Of a stretch of DNA of 64,000 bases, positions 1 through 12,400 are shown piece by piece. A program made the position numbers and the translations under genes. The stretch is from a virus (lineage: Duplodnaviria > Caudoviricetes): IMG/VR virus record IMGVR_UViG_3300021958_000049, positions 1 through 64,000 of that record, one strand, 5' to 3'. Numbering within the stretch: the stretch's first letter is position 1; every line of letters begins with the position of its first letter. A model generated the notes under the pieces. That model did not search any database. It saw only the letters and a program-made list of their open reading frames with translations, and was not told the DNA's origin.

Positions 1-20
1 GAGAAGATTTAACATTCGGT

Positions 21-821
21 ATGGATTTATTTGCAGATGCCAGCGTTAGATTGCAAGAATCTGCCGATATGTTTTTAACTCAAAAACTTGAATTAATAGA
101 TATTGAAAAACGAATAATTAATTTAGAACAATATTATTTTAGTCAAGATACGATAAATTTATTAGATGAAAAAGTTAATGCTTTACAGGCTGCATTAAAT
201 AATGCACAATTAAATTTTGCATCAGATACTACGTTATTAGATTTAATTAGAAACAATTCTACAAATATTAATGATATTCTTTCTGGCAAAGTTAACGTTA
301 ATTTAACTTACAATACTGATGTGGTTAAGGCCGGAGAAGGAATAACAATAGATTATTCAGTCCCTAATCAAATATCAGTTAAGAATAAAAATCAAGAATA
401 CACAACTTTTGCAAATTGCTTAAATACATCTGGATATTTAGAATATTCATTGAGTAATGGAATTAATCCTGGTGCAACCGCTGATGGAAATGTAATTTTG
501 ATTGGACCGTTCACTAATTATTATAGGAATGTTGGAGCAACTTCATCAACGTTGTTTGATAACCTAACAATAAATTTAGATGATACTAATTATACCTGGA
601 AAAAAGGACAAACTCTAAGAATTGTATTCGAAAACGACATAGACCTCGATACATATCAAATAAATATAAAGACCGATTCACAAAACTTAAAAGGATCTGG
701 AAATTATGGCGTAAATGTTGGTAATTTAACTGTTGCTGATCTCGTCACAACTAAACCAATACTTGATATTATTTGTGTGGATCCTGCATCGTATACATTT
801 TATATAGACGTAATTAAATAA
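21..821 (+). CDS. Putative virion structural protein, probably 5'-truncated by the window edge
   Basis: The frame is open from base 3 with no upstream stop. It is N/T/D-rich and beta-type, with a short coiled coil, and is co-directional with the large structural genes. Confidence 0.4.
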   Translation: MDLFADASVRLQESADMFLTQKLELIDIEKRIINLEQYYFSQDTINLLDEKVNALQAALNNAQLNFASDTTLLDLIRNNSTNINDILSGKVNVNLTYNTDVVKAGEGITIDYSVPNQISVKNKNQEYTTFANCLNTSGYLEYSLSNGINPGATADGNVILIGPFTNYYRNVGATSSTLFDNLTINLDDTNYTWKKGQTLRIVFENDIDLDTYQINIKTDSQNLKGSGNYGVNVGNLTVADLVTTKPILDIICVDPASYTFYIDVIK

Positions 822-832
822 AGAATTAAATA

Positions 833-3800
833 ATGGCCGACACTAACATAGATTTCAGTACAAAATATTCGTTATCTTCTCTCGTTAATAACTTATTGAG
901 AGTAAATCAAAATGCTCTTGAAGTAATGAATAAACTGTCGGATATAACGACATCTGATTCCGAAACCGTTGAAATCGAAGTTATCGATAATAACAATCAA
1001 ATTAGTAAAGTTTTTGTACCAAGTTATGGTCAATTAAAATCAGAAATTAATAGATTAGATAATAATATAAAGCAAATATCAGGAATTGGTGATGCTAATT
1101 CTAATGTTCAGTTAGAAGATGGTTCATTTAGAAAGATAATGCTAGCTAATCTAAAGATTGAAGGTAATACTATAAACCGTATTGCTTCTCCAACACAATT
1201 TGAGTCTAAATCGAATTGGTTTTTTGAAAGCTTTCTAAATCCATTACTTTACGTTTCTTTTGATTTTTCTGGCCAAATTCCTAGCGATACTGAGCGTTGT
1301 AAAGTACAAAGATTTATTTTAAATTTAGATACTCAAAATAAAATAAATATTTGGAGCAACTTTTTTGATAAGGCATCTAATTTAAATTATGTAGACTTTT
1401 TTCAATTACTTCTTAAAAATAATATAACATACTTTTTAGATGAGGATGTTATCGATCTCCCACCTAGGGATATCAGATTTTATGGGAGTTTCAACGTTTT
1501 ACGTGTTTTAGATAATCTTATAGACGAGAATATTGATGGTGCTACGTTCACTAAACGTAAGTTTAAGGTACAGTTAGATACCTTAAATTACAATGATGCG
1601 GTTTCAGAATATTCAAAGACTCAACAATTAAAAATTGGAGATACCATTGTTATAGTTGGTGATAATACAAATAACAATACAAGATATCAAGTAACAAATA
1701 TAGACTTAGAAGCAGGTAATATTATAGAAATTAAATTACTTGAAGGTTACGATTTGTTATCAACAGGATCTATATTAAGCTTCTATAATGGTGATAGTGC
1801 ACCAACTGAATTACAAGTTAATATAGGATTTAATGAACATACTGTAGTATTTGTTAAACCAATAAACCCAATTTCAAAAATACCTGCATTAGAATGGTCT
1901 CCTGGAGTTGCATTCTTTACAAATGAATTACAGATAATTGATAATGATGGAAATCAAGTTAATTTAGAACAATATTACAAAGAACAGGTTATAGATTTTG
2001 GATCTTTCTTGTACAATATGGCTAAGGATGGAATTCCTCCTGCAACATCTGCAGTAAAGCCTTTGGTACCGGCAGTAAATGCTGCTGATTTTCAAGTATT
2101 ACAAATTAATAAGCACGTCACTGATGTTTCTAGGATTGATAAAATTAAGAAATTACAATCTGAGAAATTAAGCGTTAAATCCGAATTAGATTCTCTTAAT
2201 CTTTCGATTAAAAAGAAAAAGGCTGATATAAGTACAAAGAGATATTCGTCGGATTCTGCAAGAGCTACTGATCAATCTGAATTAAATGATTTAATACAAA
2301 GAAGTTCATCGGCATCTATATTATTAAAATCCGCTGTTGATGAAGTTATTTCTTTGGCAGAGGCTGATAATTTAGTTAACGTTACACCTAAATATCGAGT
2401 TAAAGGATTTTGGCCTATACCTAAACCGGTGGCTGCCACACAAACTCTTCCTCAAGAAGTAGTACAATTCCGAGTACAATATAGATATGTAAGTCAAGAA
2501 GGTGGTGCAAATCAACCAAATCAAATTAGATTTACTGATAACAGCGGAAACGTTAGGAGAGGTACATTTTCTACATGGGAAGAATTTTTAACACCAGTTA
2601 GAAAACGAATTAAGAACTCAACTACCGGTGAGTTTACTTGGCAAGTTCCTAATGTAGAAAATGCAGATGAGATAAATGCTAATCAATTAGAAATTCCTAT
2701 TATACAAGGTGAAGGCGTTGAATTTAGAATCAAATCATTATCTGAAGCTGGATGGCCTACTAATCCGGCTGAATCAGACTGGTCAGATATTATTAGAGTT
2801 GATTTTCCAGATGAGTTAGTAACAACTAATGAAGTAATTAAAATCGTAGAAGATGCTAAAGTTACATCAGAATCATTAGATATAATTAAAACTTTAGAAG
2901 ATCGTGGAATTAGCGAACATATATCTAGCCAATTTACTCAGAATGAGACTTTCTATGCACATCCTGCACAATCGATTGCCAGTGGATTTCTATCAGATGA
3001 ACAAAATGTAATTAACTTATTTGAAAAACTATCTGAATTTGAAACCAGAATTAGATTAATTGAAGAATCTATTGTAGGAGAAAAAGGATTATTACAAGTT
3101 GTTATTATCGACGATCAACAAAAAGAATTCGTGGTATCACCTAATACTGTAGTACAATTATTTGCAGGTAATTATCGAGATCAAGTAAAAGACTTGACCG
3201 TTAAGAAAGGAGTTATTATTGCTAAGAATTATTTATTGAAGTTAACTAATATTAATGCATCTTCGTTAGAAATGTATTCTAGACAATATGGTAACTTTAC
3301 TCAAGTTGTAGATTCATCAACAGTCGGTGGAACAGGATATACGTCAACCGATGAAGATTACAATGTTTCTAGACGATATGATGCGGTTCCTTTAGGTCCT
3401 AGTAATTTATCAGCAGATAACGTTAATTTATACGATCAATTCTTAGATTTGCCGTTTCAATCAAGTCAAGTTAAAGGACAATTTATTAATTCTCGATATC
3501 AAAATATAACATCAACCGCTAATTTGTACGGAGACATTGTACAAACTGGAAGTACTGGAGGTACTGCTGGATATCCAGCTGCTACATTACCAGAAGATAC
3601 TGTTAATGGATTTCCGAACCCTAATGTTAATTTAGGTCTTGCTTTATCTAATTATACACAGGATGAATATACAATATCTTCGGTATATCCTATAACTCCT
3701 AGTAATGGACCTGGAGAATTTATTTGGGCAGGTACTTTAACTAGTACTACAGCAGATACCGTTGCAACTTCAGTAATAACCGATTGGAATAATGGAATAT

Positions 3801-4573
3801 ATGTACATAAAGATCATCCATATATCGGAAAGGTATGGAATGATATTCCGGCATCTCCGGTTATAGGACCTGGAAGTACTGGTGCTATTGGACCAAGTGG
3901 AGTTAGAAATTCAGGATATGCTCCATTATTTGCATCCGATATAACAGATGGAAGTCGCAAACAAAAGCCTTATTTCTATTATCCAGGATCTACTTCAACA
4001 TTTATTAGTGATGATGCTAGAGTTGGAAAATTAGCCTTTGAGGAAGAGGATCAATATTTATTAGGACCGAATTCGTGTGGAGCATATTTCTTCATGTCAC
4101 CTAGTAATAATACCGGTGCAATTAACGTATCAGGATCTAATAAATTATCGATAAAAACTATAAAGTTTGGATCTGAAAACGCGGTTACCATTCCTTTAGT
4201 ATTTCAATACAGAATGACTGATTACTTTGGAGAAGATAATGATGGAATTGGTAATATTGGAGGAGATCCTACTGGAACAATCAATCAATTAAATTATACT
4301 AAAACTTTAGGAATAGATATTTATTCAAATACTAACGAAAGATACTCATTTGATATAGAAGTGTCCGCAAGATATAGATCAAAATCTTTACAATTACAAG
4401 AAGTGCCATCTAGAGATCTTGAAAACGTGGTTGACGATCTTACAAAAACAGTTAAATTCCTTGCACCTCAACTTACTAACGTGGATGGAGGTCGAGGTCC
4501 TTTAAGTGGTGGAAGAGGCGGCAATAGCGGTGGTGGATTACTTGGATCTATATCAACCGAAGAGAATTTTTAA
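833..4573 (+). CDS. Large putative virion structural (baseplate/tail) protein, 1246 aa
   Basis: Long ORF with a central coiled coil and an FN3-like segment (YRVKGFW...VQFRVQYRY...VEFRIKSLSEAGW...ESDWSDII). The C-terminal half is G/S/T-rich. No precise homologue recognised. Confidence 0.45.
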   Translation: MADTNIDFSTKYSLSSLVNNLLRVNQNALEVMNKLSDITTSDSETVEIEVIDNNNQISKVFVPSYGQLKSEINRLDNNIKQISGIGDANSNVQLEDGSFRKIMLANLKIEGNTINRIASPTQFESKSNWFFESFLNPLLYVSFDFSGQIPSDTERCKVQRFILNLDTQNKINIWSNFFDKASNLNYVDFFQLLLKNNITYFLDEDVIDLPPRDIRFYGSFNVLRVLDNLIDENIDGATFTKRKFKVQLDTLNYNDAVSEYSKTQQLKIGDTIVIVGDNTNNNTRYQVTNIDLEAGNIIEIKLLEGYDLLSTGSILSFYNGDSAPTELQVNIGFNEHTVVFVKPINPISKIPALEWSPGVAFFTNELQIIDNDGNQVNLEQYYKEQVIDFGSFLYNMAKDGIPPATSAVKPLVPAVNAADFQVLQINKHVTDVSRIDKIKKLQSEKLSVKSELDSLNLSIKKKKADISTKRYSSDSARATDQSELNDLIQRSSSASILLKSAVDEVISLAEADNLVNVTPKYRVKGFWPIPKPVAATQTLPQEVVQFRVQYRYVSQEGGANQPNQIRFTDNSGNVRRGTFSTWEEFLTPVRKRIKNSTTGEFTWQVPNVENADEINANQLEIPIIQGEGVEFRIKSLSEAGWPTNPAESDWSDIIRVDFPDELVTTNEVIKIVEDAKVTSESLDIIKTLEDRGISEHISSQFTQNETFYAHPAQSIASGFLSDEQNVINLFEKLSEFETRIRLIEESIVGEKGLLQVVIIDDQQKEFVVSPNTVVQLFAGNYRDQVKDLTVKKGVIIAKNYLLKLTNINASSLEMYSRQYGNFTQVVDSSTVGGTGYTSTDEDYNVSRRYDAVPLGPSNLSADNVNLYDQFLDLPFQSSQVKGQFINSRYQNITSTANLYGDIVQTGSTGGTAGYPAATLPEDTVNGFPNPNVNLGLALSNYTQDEYTISSVYPITPSNGPGEFIWAGTLTSTTADTVATSVITDWNNGIYVHKDHPYIGKVWNDIPASPVIGPGSTGAIGPSGVRNSGYAPLFASDITDGSRKQKPYFYYPGSTSTFISDDARVGKLAFEEEDQYLLGPNSCGAYFFMSPSNNTGAINVSGSNKLSIKTIKFGSENAVTIPLVFQYRMTDYFGEDNDGIGNIGGDPTGTINQLNYTKTLGIDIYSNTNERYSFDIEVSARYRSKSLQLQEVPSRDLENVVDDLTKTVKFLAPQLTNVDGGRGPLSGGRGGNSGGGLLGSISTEENF

Positions 4574-4588
4574 TTGGATAAATAACTT

Positions 4589-7500
4589 ATGAGCAAACCA
4601 ATATTACAAAAGTCATCATTTGGTTTATTGAGAACCAATCCTAAATTAACAACGAACGTAAAACTTGTTGTTGATGGTAACGATGTTTTGTATTTAGAAT
4701 CTTTTAATGCAACTAGAGAATTATCTAAGTCTAAATACAAAGGGTTTAAGGTATCTTCAAATAGCAATTATTATTTTGATCTTTATAGATTTTACAATAA
4801 TGATATTAAAACTTCGATGGCAGATGCGTTTGCATTATATCAAAGAGAGGATCATTTATCTATTCAGGATAAATACGGCCATCAATACGATACGACTTAT
4901 GCTGCCGGAGCAAAAGCAAATCCATCAAAATTGTATGATGAAGAATATTCCTTGTTTGCTCCACTGTGGTTAGAGCCTTCAACGATTCCTGACTATTTTA
5001 TTATATTTAAAACAAAGAATCCAGTATCAGTTAATACAAAAGATGCTGAATCAGAAGCAGATCCTAATTTGATTGATAAAACTAGTAACCCTATCTATTT
5101 TACTGAAAATGTATTAAATAACAGTGAGATTGTACAAAGCTTCGATTTAACAGAAGCTTCTAATTTAGGTCGATATATTAGAAATCATGCATCAAACGAA
5201 CAATTTCCAGAATCTTCGATATTAGCAAATTTCGAAAAAGGAAGATTTTTTAGATATTCAGGTGTGGACTTACAATATCCTGGTTTTTCTACAAAAACAA
5301 AGGAATTGTATTATGATACATGGCCGAGCGATAAAACCATAATTGAATATGAAGATAGAATAACCAACGGTTTTCAATCTTGTGCTATTGCGCACCCTAA
5401 CATAATTAATTTAGAATTTTTGTTCGATGATGATGATTCTGATGATTATACGTTTAATCGTTATTTCGGTCTATATGTTGACAAAAATCAATATAACAAA
5501 TTTTATATAGACGGTGATGCATTATTTGAGGATAGATTCAATCAGCCAAAACAGTTACCAGTGCCATTACAAAATAATATCGGATATTCCGATAATACTA
5601 AGGATCAAATCCAAGAAAGTGTAGATGGTATAACGGTATATGCTCAAACTCCGCCAATATCTAGTATAGATGGAAATAATTTTTTTAAAAGTAATATAGT
5701 TAAAGATCTTCCTAGAATAGGATATGTGTTTGATGCTGATGAAAATTTCTATAAAATACAAAATAATAAAAACTTTGATTATGGCACATTAAAGTTAAAT
5801 GATAATATTATTAATTGGAAGACTTTTTCTGGATTTTCTGAGCCGATTAATTATGTGAGATCAGAGTTTAATAAAACTCTAGGAAGATCTCAATGTATAA
5901 TAGAATTCGTTAACAACCCAGAAGACAACGATCAATTCAGAATTCTTTATACAAATGCCGATGATCCATCCCAATTAGATTTCATAGATCAATTTACTAT
6001 GACATCTAATATTTTATTAAGCGAAGGAACTTTCAATTCTAATTCATATAGCCCGAATGGTCCATTGAATATTGTTGCAAAAGCTTTCGCCGATTGTGTT
6101 AATAACTTACACAAAACATTCGAATCCGAAACGCCATTTAATGCGATAGTCGCTGGAAATAAAGTGATTTTATATACTAGAGCTACCAGTGAAACATGGA
6201 ATTCAATACAAGTTCAATCATATTCAGGTGCTTTAATATACGAAGAAATAGCGATTAAATTTATATCGAATAACAATATTAAGTATGAATCTGGATTATT
6301 TAAAACCAGTCCACAACCGTTCACTACATTATCTGGATGGATCGCTAGTACAAACTTTGTTGGAGGTAATAATAATACATTATCTAAAATTAAGATTGAT
6401 TCTAGCACAAACTCTTTATTGAATGTAGGAGATTATTTGATTACCTCTGAAGGGCATTCTAAAATTGATTCAGTTGTACCTTATTTAGATGAACCTATAC
6501 TGAATAAACTTGGACAAATAGTCGGGTTTAAAGATATGGATTCTTATTATACCGTAAATATCGAAGACACTAATAAAGATATTTTATTAACATCCGATAA
6601 TCAATGCTCTATAGTTAATTTACGTGAAAATGAGTGTGGTCTATTATCAATATATCCTGTTAAAGATTTTGATTTTGATTTTTACAACACTGATTATATG
6701 AAGGATGCTGATGCTAATTTAGAAGAATTGTATAAATGGTATGGTGGAGAAACTGGACCTGGTGGCCAAACATCATCTTTACCGGATGCAAATTCCGGAG
6801 AAACTTTTAGCGGAACGTATTGGATGAATCGTATGATTGGACCTAATTCAGAATTCGTTGAAGGTGGTGAATTTCAAGGTTTAATGGGTATATCAAATGA
6901 ATTATTAGATACTGATTCAAGCATATATAATGAATATGATCGTTTAAAAGAAAATGATGTTAAACAATTAGCTATCGCATCTCGAGTAGTTCCGTATATT
7001 AATAAATGGGTTTATGATGATGATGGTAAAGATGTTAGAGAAAATCCATATAGACTTAATGCGGATGCTTCTTTTAGATATCCTAACTTCGGACCTTCGT
7101 TTAGAGAATTTTCTGCAAATCCTAAATTTTATACACATGAATGGTATTATTTACAACAGTATCCACCGTACATGTCCTTCGAGGAAAAGTTAAATTCGTT
7201 TTCTTATTTTAATAATCCAATAAAAATAGGTGCAACGTTTGCAAATAGTTCATCAGACTTAGGATTATCTACGGTTTCTGGTTCTACTTCAATTAACGAT
7301 TTAGATTATTTTACTGAGTATTTTACAAGAGAGACTATTGGCTCAACATCGGTTTCATCTTCAGTTCGATATAATACTTTTGCATACGCAACAGACGAAC
7401 GATTTGCAGAGACTTTATTTAGAGGTGCAAAAGTTATTGTTAAAGAGCGTGTAGATTTTACTGACCTAAACTTTAATATTAATGATGTTAAATTTCGAAA

Positions 7501-9445
7501 AAATACGAAATATAACGGATACAAATTTGCGGCAGTACTTCGATTAGTAGAAAATGGAGTTACTTTAAGGGTCATAGAAAATGAAAAATTTAAAACTATT
7601 ACACTATTAATAGAAGTTGGTTTAATGGATGATGTTTGGACTAAATTAGGATCTGCCACACCAGGATCAACATCTCAAAATGATTATTTTATAGATAGAA
7701 CATTATTATATACGTTACGAGATAAAATAACACCTACCACTGTCGGTGCAACTGCTTACCAGGCATCTAATGTTAATTTAAGTGGTGCTATCGAACATTG
7801 GGAATTAAATGGAAGTGATGTTGATATTTATGGTACATATAATTATGCTAACGGAACTAATCCTAATTTTGTATCTGAGATACAACCTAACGAAGATGGT
7901 TCCTTTAATGCAATTTCAATACCTAATCCAGTAGATCCTACTAAGGTTTGGGTTATTGAAAATATTAAAAAATTATCAAACGATCGAATTACAGCAGGAT
8001 CTATTAAGCAATATGATATTCCATTTACCTCAGGAGATCCTTCAGTTCCTAACGATAATTATTTGTATTCGCCTATATTCTTAGGATGGAACGTAACATT
8101 ACCATCTATATTTAACGAAAACGTTCTTTGGTCAGAAGTTCCAGTTTATTTAGAGGGTGGATTGAATGCATATAATGGTATTATTGAAGAATCTTCATTC
8201 GCTAATATCGCGGAAAAATTTAATTCTGGTGCACCAGATATTGAATATATTACATACAAAAGCGATGGGACTGTAGTGTATAATGATAAAGTATTAGAGC
8301 TATCATTACCGATAGAAACATATAAAGCTAATTATTTATTACAAAAAGAAGATTTGGATATTCCTGATTCTTTAGATAGTGAAACGGATTTAATAGGATA
8401 TGTTATGTCTGCAACTAAAAGATCGGTAATAAATATAATGTCAAGATATAATGGCCGCTATCAACCTAAATTTAATGATATATTTTATTTCAAAGATTAT
8501 GCAGGTGTAGATTCCGCTGGAATAACTGGTCCTAGAACATATGGATTTGATAAATATAGAAATTTAGAATTAAACATAGGAGAACCCAAATTTGGATTGA
8601 TCGAAAATTATTTCTATAACAAGGTTAATACAGAGAATCCTAAAGGTATATTAAAATTAAACTCAATTTCTGGATATCCTAGTTTATATCCTTTAATACA
8701 GGAAATCGCAATAGACAAAAGAGATATTTATACGTTTTTAAGCAATTGGGATATTGATTATTATCAAAAAAGTTTAGATAGAAGAACCAAAAGATCTGCA
8801 ATTGGATATAGAGGTTCTATCGAAAATAAATCATTCTTTGGTTCTAAAATGTTAACTATACCAGATGAGATACGGTTAGAAAATTTTTCAATAATTCAAT
8901 TAGACGATTTAGTTGGAGGTATTAGCAATATATCTAATGTTGAAGAAAACGTGATTGAAAGTAATATTGAAGAAATTGCAATCGATGGACAGGTCAAAGT
9001 TAAAGCTGAGAGAAGGAAAGAGAAAATAAAACAAAAGAATAAATCTATTAGGCTTAATGTATTTTCGGATAAAGCATTAATAAAATATTTAAGATCTGAT
9101 GGAATAGACAAAGAATTTATTAAGTACATAAATCCAAATTTTAGTTTTGGTGAAGGTGGATTGGATGACGATATAGAGCAATACATCATAAATAATGTGG
9201 TTCCTAGATATAAAATTAAAAGGATAATATTTTATGAGAATCGATTTGCTAACAATGTCAATTCATTAAATCCTATTGAATTAGATTTAACTAATTTAGA
9301 ATTACTTCAAAAGGGATATAAAATTAGTGAAAATGTTCAAATCAAAATATCTACAGATTCTCCGTTAAATTTTAAATTGATATATACTATACCTAAACTA
9401 GACAATTATTCAATATCATTTAAGGTAGACTTAGAGAAAAAATAA
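4589..9445 (+). CDS. Very large putative virion structural (baseplate/tail) protein, 1618 aa
   Basis: Long ORF in the structural block, preceded by GATAAATA (4577-4584), a variant of the late-promoter-like motif. Confidence 0.45.
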   Translation: MSKPILQKSSFGLLRTNPKLTTNVKLVVDGNDVLYLESFNATRELSKSKYKGFKVSSNSNYYFDLYRFYNNDIKTSMADAFALYQREDHLSIQDKYGHQYDTTYAAGAKANPSKLYDEEYSLFAPLWLEPSTIPDYFIIFKTKNPVSVNTKDAESEADPNLIDKTSNPIYFTENVLNNSEIVQSFDLTEASNLGRYIRNHASNEQFPESSILANFEKGRFFRYSGVDLQYPGFSTKTKELYYDTWPSDKTIIEYEDRITNGFQSCAIAHPNIINLEFLFDDDDSDDYTFNRYFGLYVDKNQYNKFYIDGDALFEDRFNQPKQLPVPLQNNIGYSDNTKDQIQESVDGITVYAQTPPISSIDGNNFFKSNIVKDLPRIGYVFDADENFYKIQNNKNFDYGTLKLNDNIINWKTFSGFSEPINYVRSEFNKTLGRSQCIIEFVNNPEDNDQFRILYTNADDPSQLDFIDQFTMTSNILLSEGTFNSNSYSPNGPLNIVAKAFADCVNNLHKTFESETPFNAIVAGNKVILYTRATSETWNSIQVQSYSGALIYEEIAIKFISNNNIKYESGLFKTSPQPFTTLSGWIASTNFVGGNNNTLSKIKIDSSTNSLLNVGDYLITSEGHSKIDSVVPYLDEPILNKLGQIVGFKDMDSYYTVNIEDTNKDILLTSDNQCSIVNLRENECGLLSIYPVKDFDFDFYNTDYMKDADANLEELYKWYGGETGPGGQTSSLPDANSGETFSGTYWMNRMIGPNSEFVEGGEFQGLMGISNELLDTDSSIYNEYDRLKENDVKQLAIASRVVPYINKWVYDDDGKDVRENPYRLNADASFRYPNFGPSFREFSANPKFYTHEWYYLQQYPPYMSFEEKLNSFSYFNNPIKIGATFANSSSDLGLSTVSGSTSINDLDYFTEYFTRETIGSTSVSSSVRYNTFAYATDERFAETLFRGAKVIVKERVDFTDLNFNINDVKFRKNTKYNGYKFAAVLRLVENGVTLRVIENEKFKTITLLIEVGLMDDVWTKLGSATPGSTSQNDYFIDRTLLYTLRDKITPTTVGATAYQASNVNLSGAIEHWELNGSDVDIYGTYNYANGTNPNFVSEIQPNEDGSFNAISIPNPVDPTKVWVIENIKKLSNDRITAGSIKQYDIPFTSGDPSVPNDNYLYSPIFLGWNVTLPSIFNENVLWSEVPVYLEGGLNAYNGIIEESSFANIAEKFNSGAPDIEYITYKSDGTVVYNDKVLELSLPIETYKANYLLQKEDLDIPDSLDSETDLIGYVMSATKRSVINIMSRYNGRYQPKFNDIFYFKDYAGVDSAGITGPRTYGFDKYRNLELNIGEPKFGLIENYFYNKVNTENPKGILKLNSISGYPSLYPLIQEIAIDKRDIYTFLSNWDIDYYQKSLDRRTKRSAIGYRGSIENKSFFGSKMLTIPDEIRLENFSIIQLDDLVGGISNISNVEENVIESNIEEIAIDGQVKVKAERRKEKIKQKNKSIRLNVFSDKALIKYLRSDGIDKEFIKYINPNFSFGEGGLDDDIEQYIINNVVPRYKIKRIIFYENRFANNVNSLNPIELDLTNLELLQKGYKISENVQIKISTDSPLNFKLIYTIPKLDNYSISFKVDLEKK

Positions 9446-9454
9446 AAAGAAAAA

Positions 9455-12400
9455 ATGGCCATAGTAATAAAGGAAATAATCCTTAGCGATAGTATCGAAA
9501 AATTCATGGAAAAAGTTAACTTTAACTTTGACCAATTGATGCTTGCAGGAGGTGGACCGCAAGGACCACAAGGTAACATTGGACCTATAGGTCCTATTGG
9601 GCCAATTGGAGATCCTGGAAATAAATGGTACGTAGGATGTACTGGAACAACTGTTGCAATTGGAGCAAGTCTTTTTATGGGAGATTTATTTCTTCAGAAA
9701 GGTTGTACAGGAGCTACATATTCGCTAGGAGATGTATTAGAATTTGATGCAATATCAGATACCTTTATACCGACTGGATTAAATTTAAGAGGACCAACCG
9801 GTGCAATTGGACCAACCGGTGAAAGTACAGGATGGGATGTTTATCCGGGTGGTACAGATGGTCTTATCTATGATGGTGGTGAAACCGCTGGTGCTGCTGG
9901 AGCCACTACGAGTTTCGTTTTATTAAAGGGTGATAGTTTTGGATCTACCGGTATGGCACAGCATCCAGGGTATTCAAGAGATTCTTTATACCTTGGAGGT
10001 TATCATGGAATGTATAATCAATCAATAGTATATTCGCCAGATACATTACCTAAATTATTCGTAAGTCCTAAAACTTTAATATCTAATAGCACATTTTTTG
10101 ATGATACTTCCGGAGGAAAAGCTGGTGGAGGAATTACATTAACACGTGAACCGTCAAGGTCAGGTACAGCGCCATATAGCTATACTCCGATAAATCCGTC
10201 TAGTTATTCTAATATATTCATCGATGATATGATGAATTTAAATATATCTAATTTTTCGGATTATGCTAGTGCAGTAATATTCGATCCGAGCATAAATAAT
10301 GATATTAATTTAATGGGTAGAACCGGCGTTAAATTAATCGGAGGTCATTATCAACCTCAAAATGCAGGTGGATTATTAGAAGTTTCATCCGGATTAAAGA
10401 CTGAGTTATATCCAGATACATCTGGAATTTTTCCAGCTGGTGGACCAGGATTTCATTTAAGATCTAAAGGCAATCTTAATACAGGTACCATTTCTTTATC
10501 AGATACGAATCAATTAAGAATTATATCCGAACGAGTTTCAGCGAATACTAACTTAGTAGATGTTGCTTATTGGGCTGATGTGACTCTCTTAAGCCCTAAT
10601 AATAAATATAGAATTGGTATTGGAGCAAATGCTAAATATAAAAATGTTACCTCACAAAATAACGACATGCCATTTATCGGGAGCGGTGCTTTTGATGATA
10701 GTGCTACCGAATATATTGGTTTAGGAAATAAACCAACTGGAAATAAAGCACCGACTTTATCTACATTTAATTATGATTCCAAAGATTTTGTTTTAATAGG
10801 AGATCCTAATAGTTACGATCCATCGACTGATCTTTCTACAATTATAGAAAAATCTATCGATATTGAAGGTCAAATTAGAATGAGACACTCATCCGGTTCA
10901 ACTGGACAAGTGTTGCTAACAGTTGATAATATAGGAACCGCAGAATGGTCCTCATCAACATCTCTTGGAGGATGGCAACCTGATACAGGATGTGTATATA
11001 AAATCGTTATCACAGAAAGAAATTCTAGATTTGCGTCGTTTATTCCGGGTGCTGCATCTAATTATACCAGAGTTGATATACCATCTACTAATAATTCAAC
11101 TAGTGTTCAGAGCGATTTATATTTTGCAGATAATTCATACGATGGTGAGGATGATCGCGACCAACAAGGACATTTAATTAATAAATCTTATATCGATGCG
11201 ACACAAAACGGAATCTTCTCGATTAGCACTGGGTTATTGACTAATTGTCCAGATGGTATTGCTGAAAGAGAAACGCAAGGTAATAGTACGGTTATTCCTA
11301 GATTGCAATTCGGAGCTTACGGTGAAATAGCGATAGGAAATTTAACTGCCAATGCGCGGTTCTCTTCTTCCGGTTGGAAGAATGGTATAATTAATGATGT
11401 AGCACAAATTGACTCGAGTACTACGCTAAAAAAAGGATTATTAACAGATGCATTAAAAATATACAAATCAAGGTCTACATTTGAAACTGTAGATACTAAT
11501 CTTAGGTACAATCGAGCAAATATACATTTAATTAATACTAATATTGATGGTGATGTTGGGAGATATGGAGATTTTATCAATCCTAAGATTAAATTTACTC
11601 CTAATGATATTAATGCCTCTGATGATGATTTATTGACTGGAGACAATGATGGATTTGATAGTACTACTTCATTCGAAGTTTTAAGATATTACAATGGAGA
11701 TAGTGCGGGTCCTGGTAATATACGTTTTTCCGGAGTTGGTAAATCAACTAAAATCGCAAATCCGTCTGATGCAAGCATTGCAAATGCAAACCCATCAACA
11801 GTTACTACTGGACGTGGTGAAGATATTGGAGTTGGTGCACATGTAATGATGATAAGTGATACGGATTCTAAAAACAAATATGATGAGCAAGGTAAAGCTT
11901 CTGATTATTATGAAATAGTTGATACCGATTTATATGTAGAAACCTTATCGGCTACTTATCTAAGTCAAGGCACAAAGGGCGCAACCGGTGCTAGTGCTCA
12001 ATATCAATATAAACAATATGAGTTTGCTAAGTGGGGTACTGCAGCTTCAGGGTGGGATACATTTGGAGCTACTGGATATGCTAAATTTCAAGGATCACGT
12101 ACAATTGCTGAAAATATAGATGATTTACCAGATGTTCCGATAGATGTTAATCTACTCGATACTACTAATATTTGGGCAGTGACTGGCCCAGATACAATAG
12201 AAACTCTCCCAGACTCTGGATCTACTAGTGGTTATTGGAACCCGGATCATTTAAATGCTTGGATATCTCCTACAACCGGGGTAAGGTTTAGTCCTATTAA
12301 TTTATCCGTTCCTGAAGGATCAAACCAAACTGGACTATCTTGGGTTGATTTTAATATTGATATGGGATTGATATTCGAAACGAATTCTAATAATACTGTA

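Noticed and set aside
21-23. ATG at 21 as the true start of the first gene
   Set aside because: The frame is open to the window edge and there is no A-rich leader, so the gene probably starts upstream.
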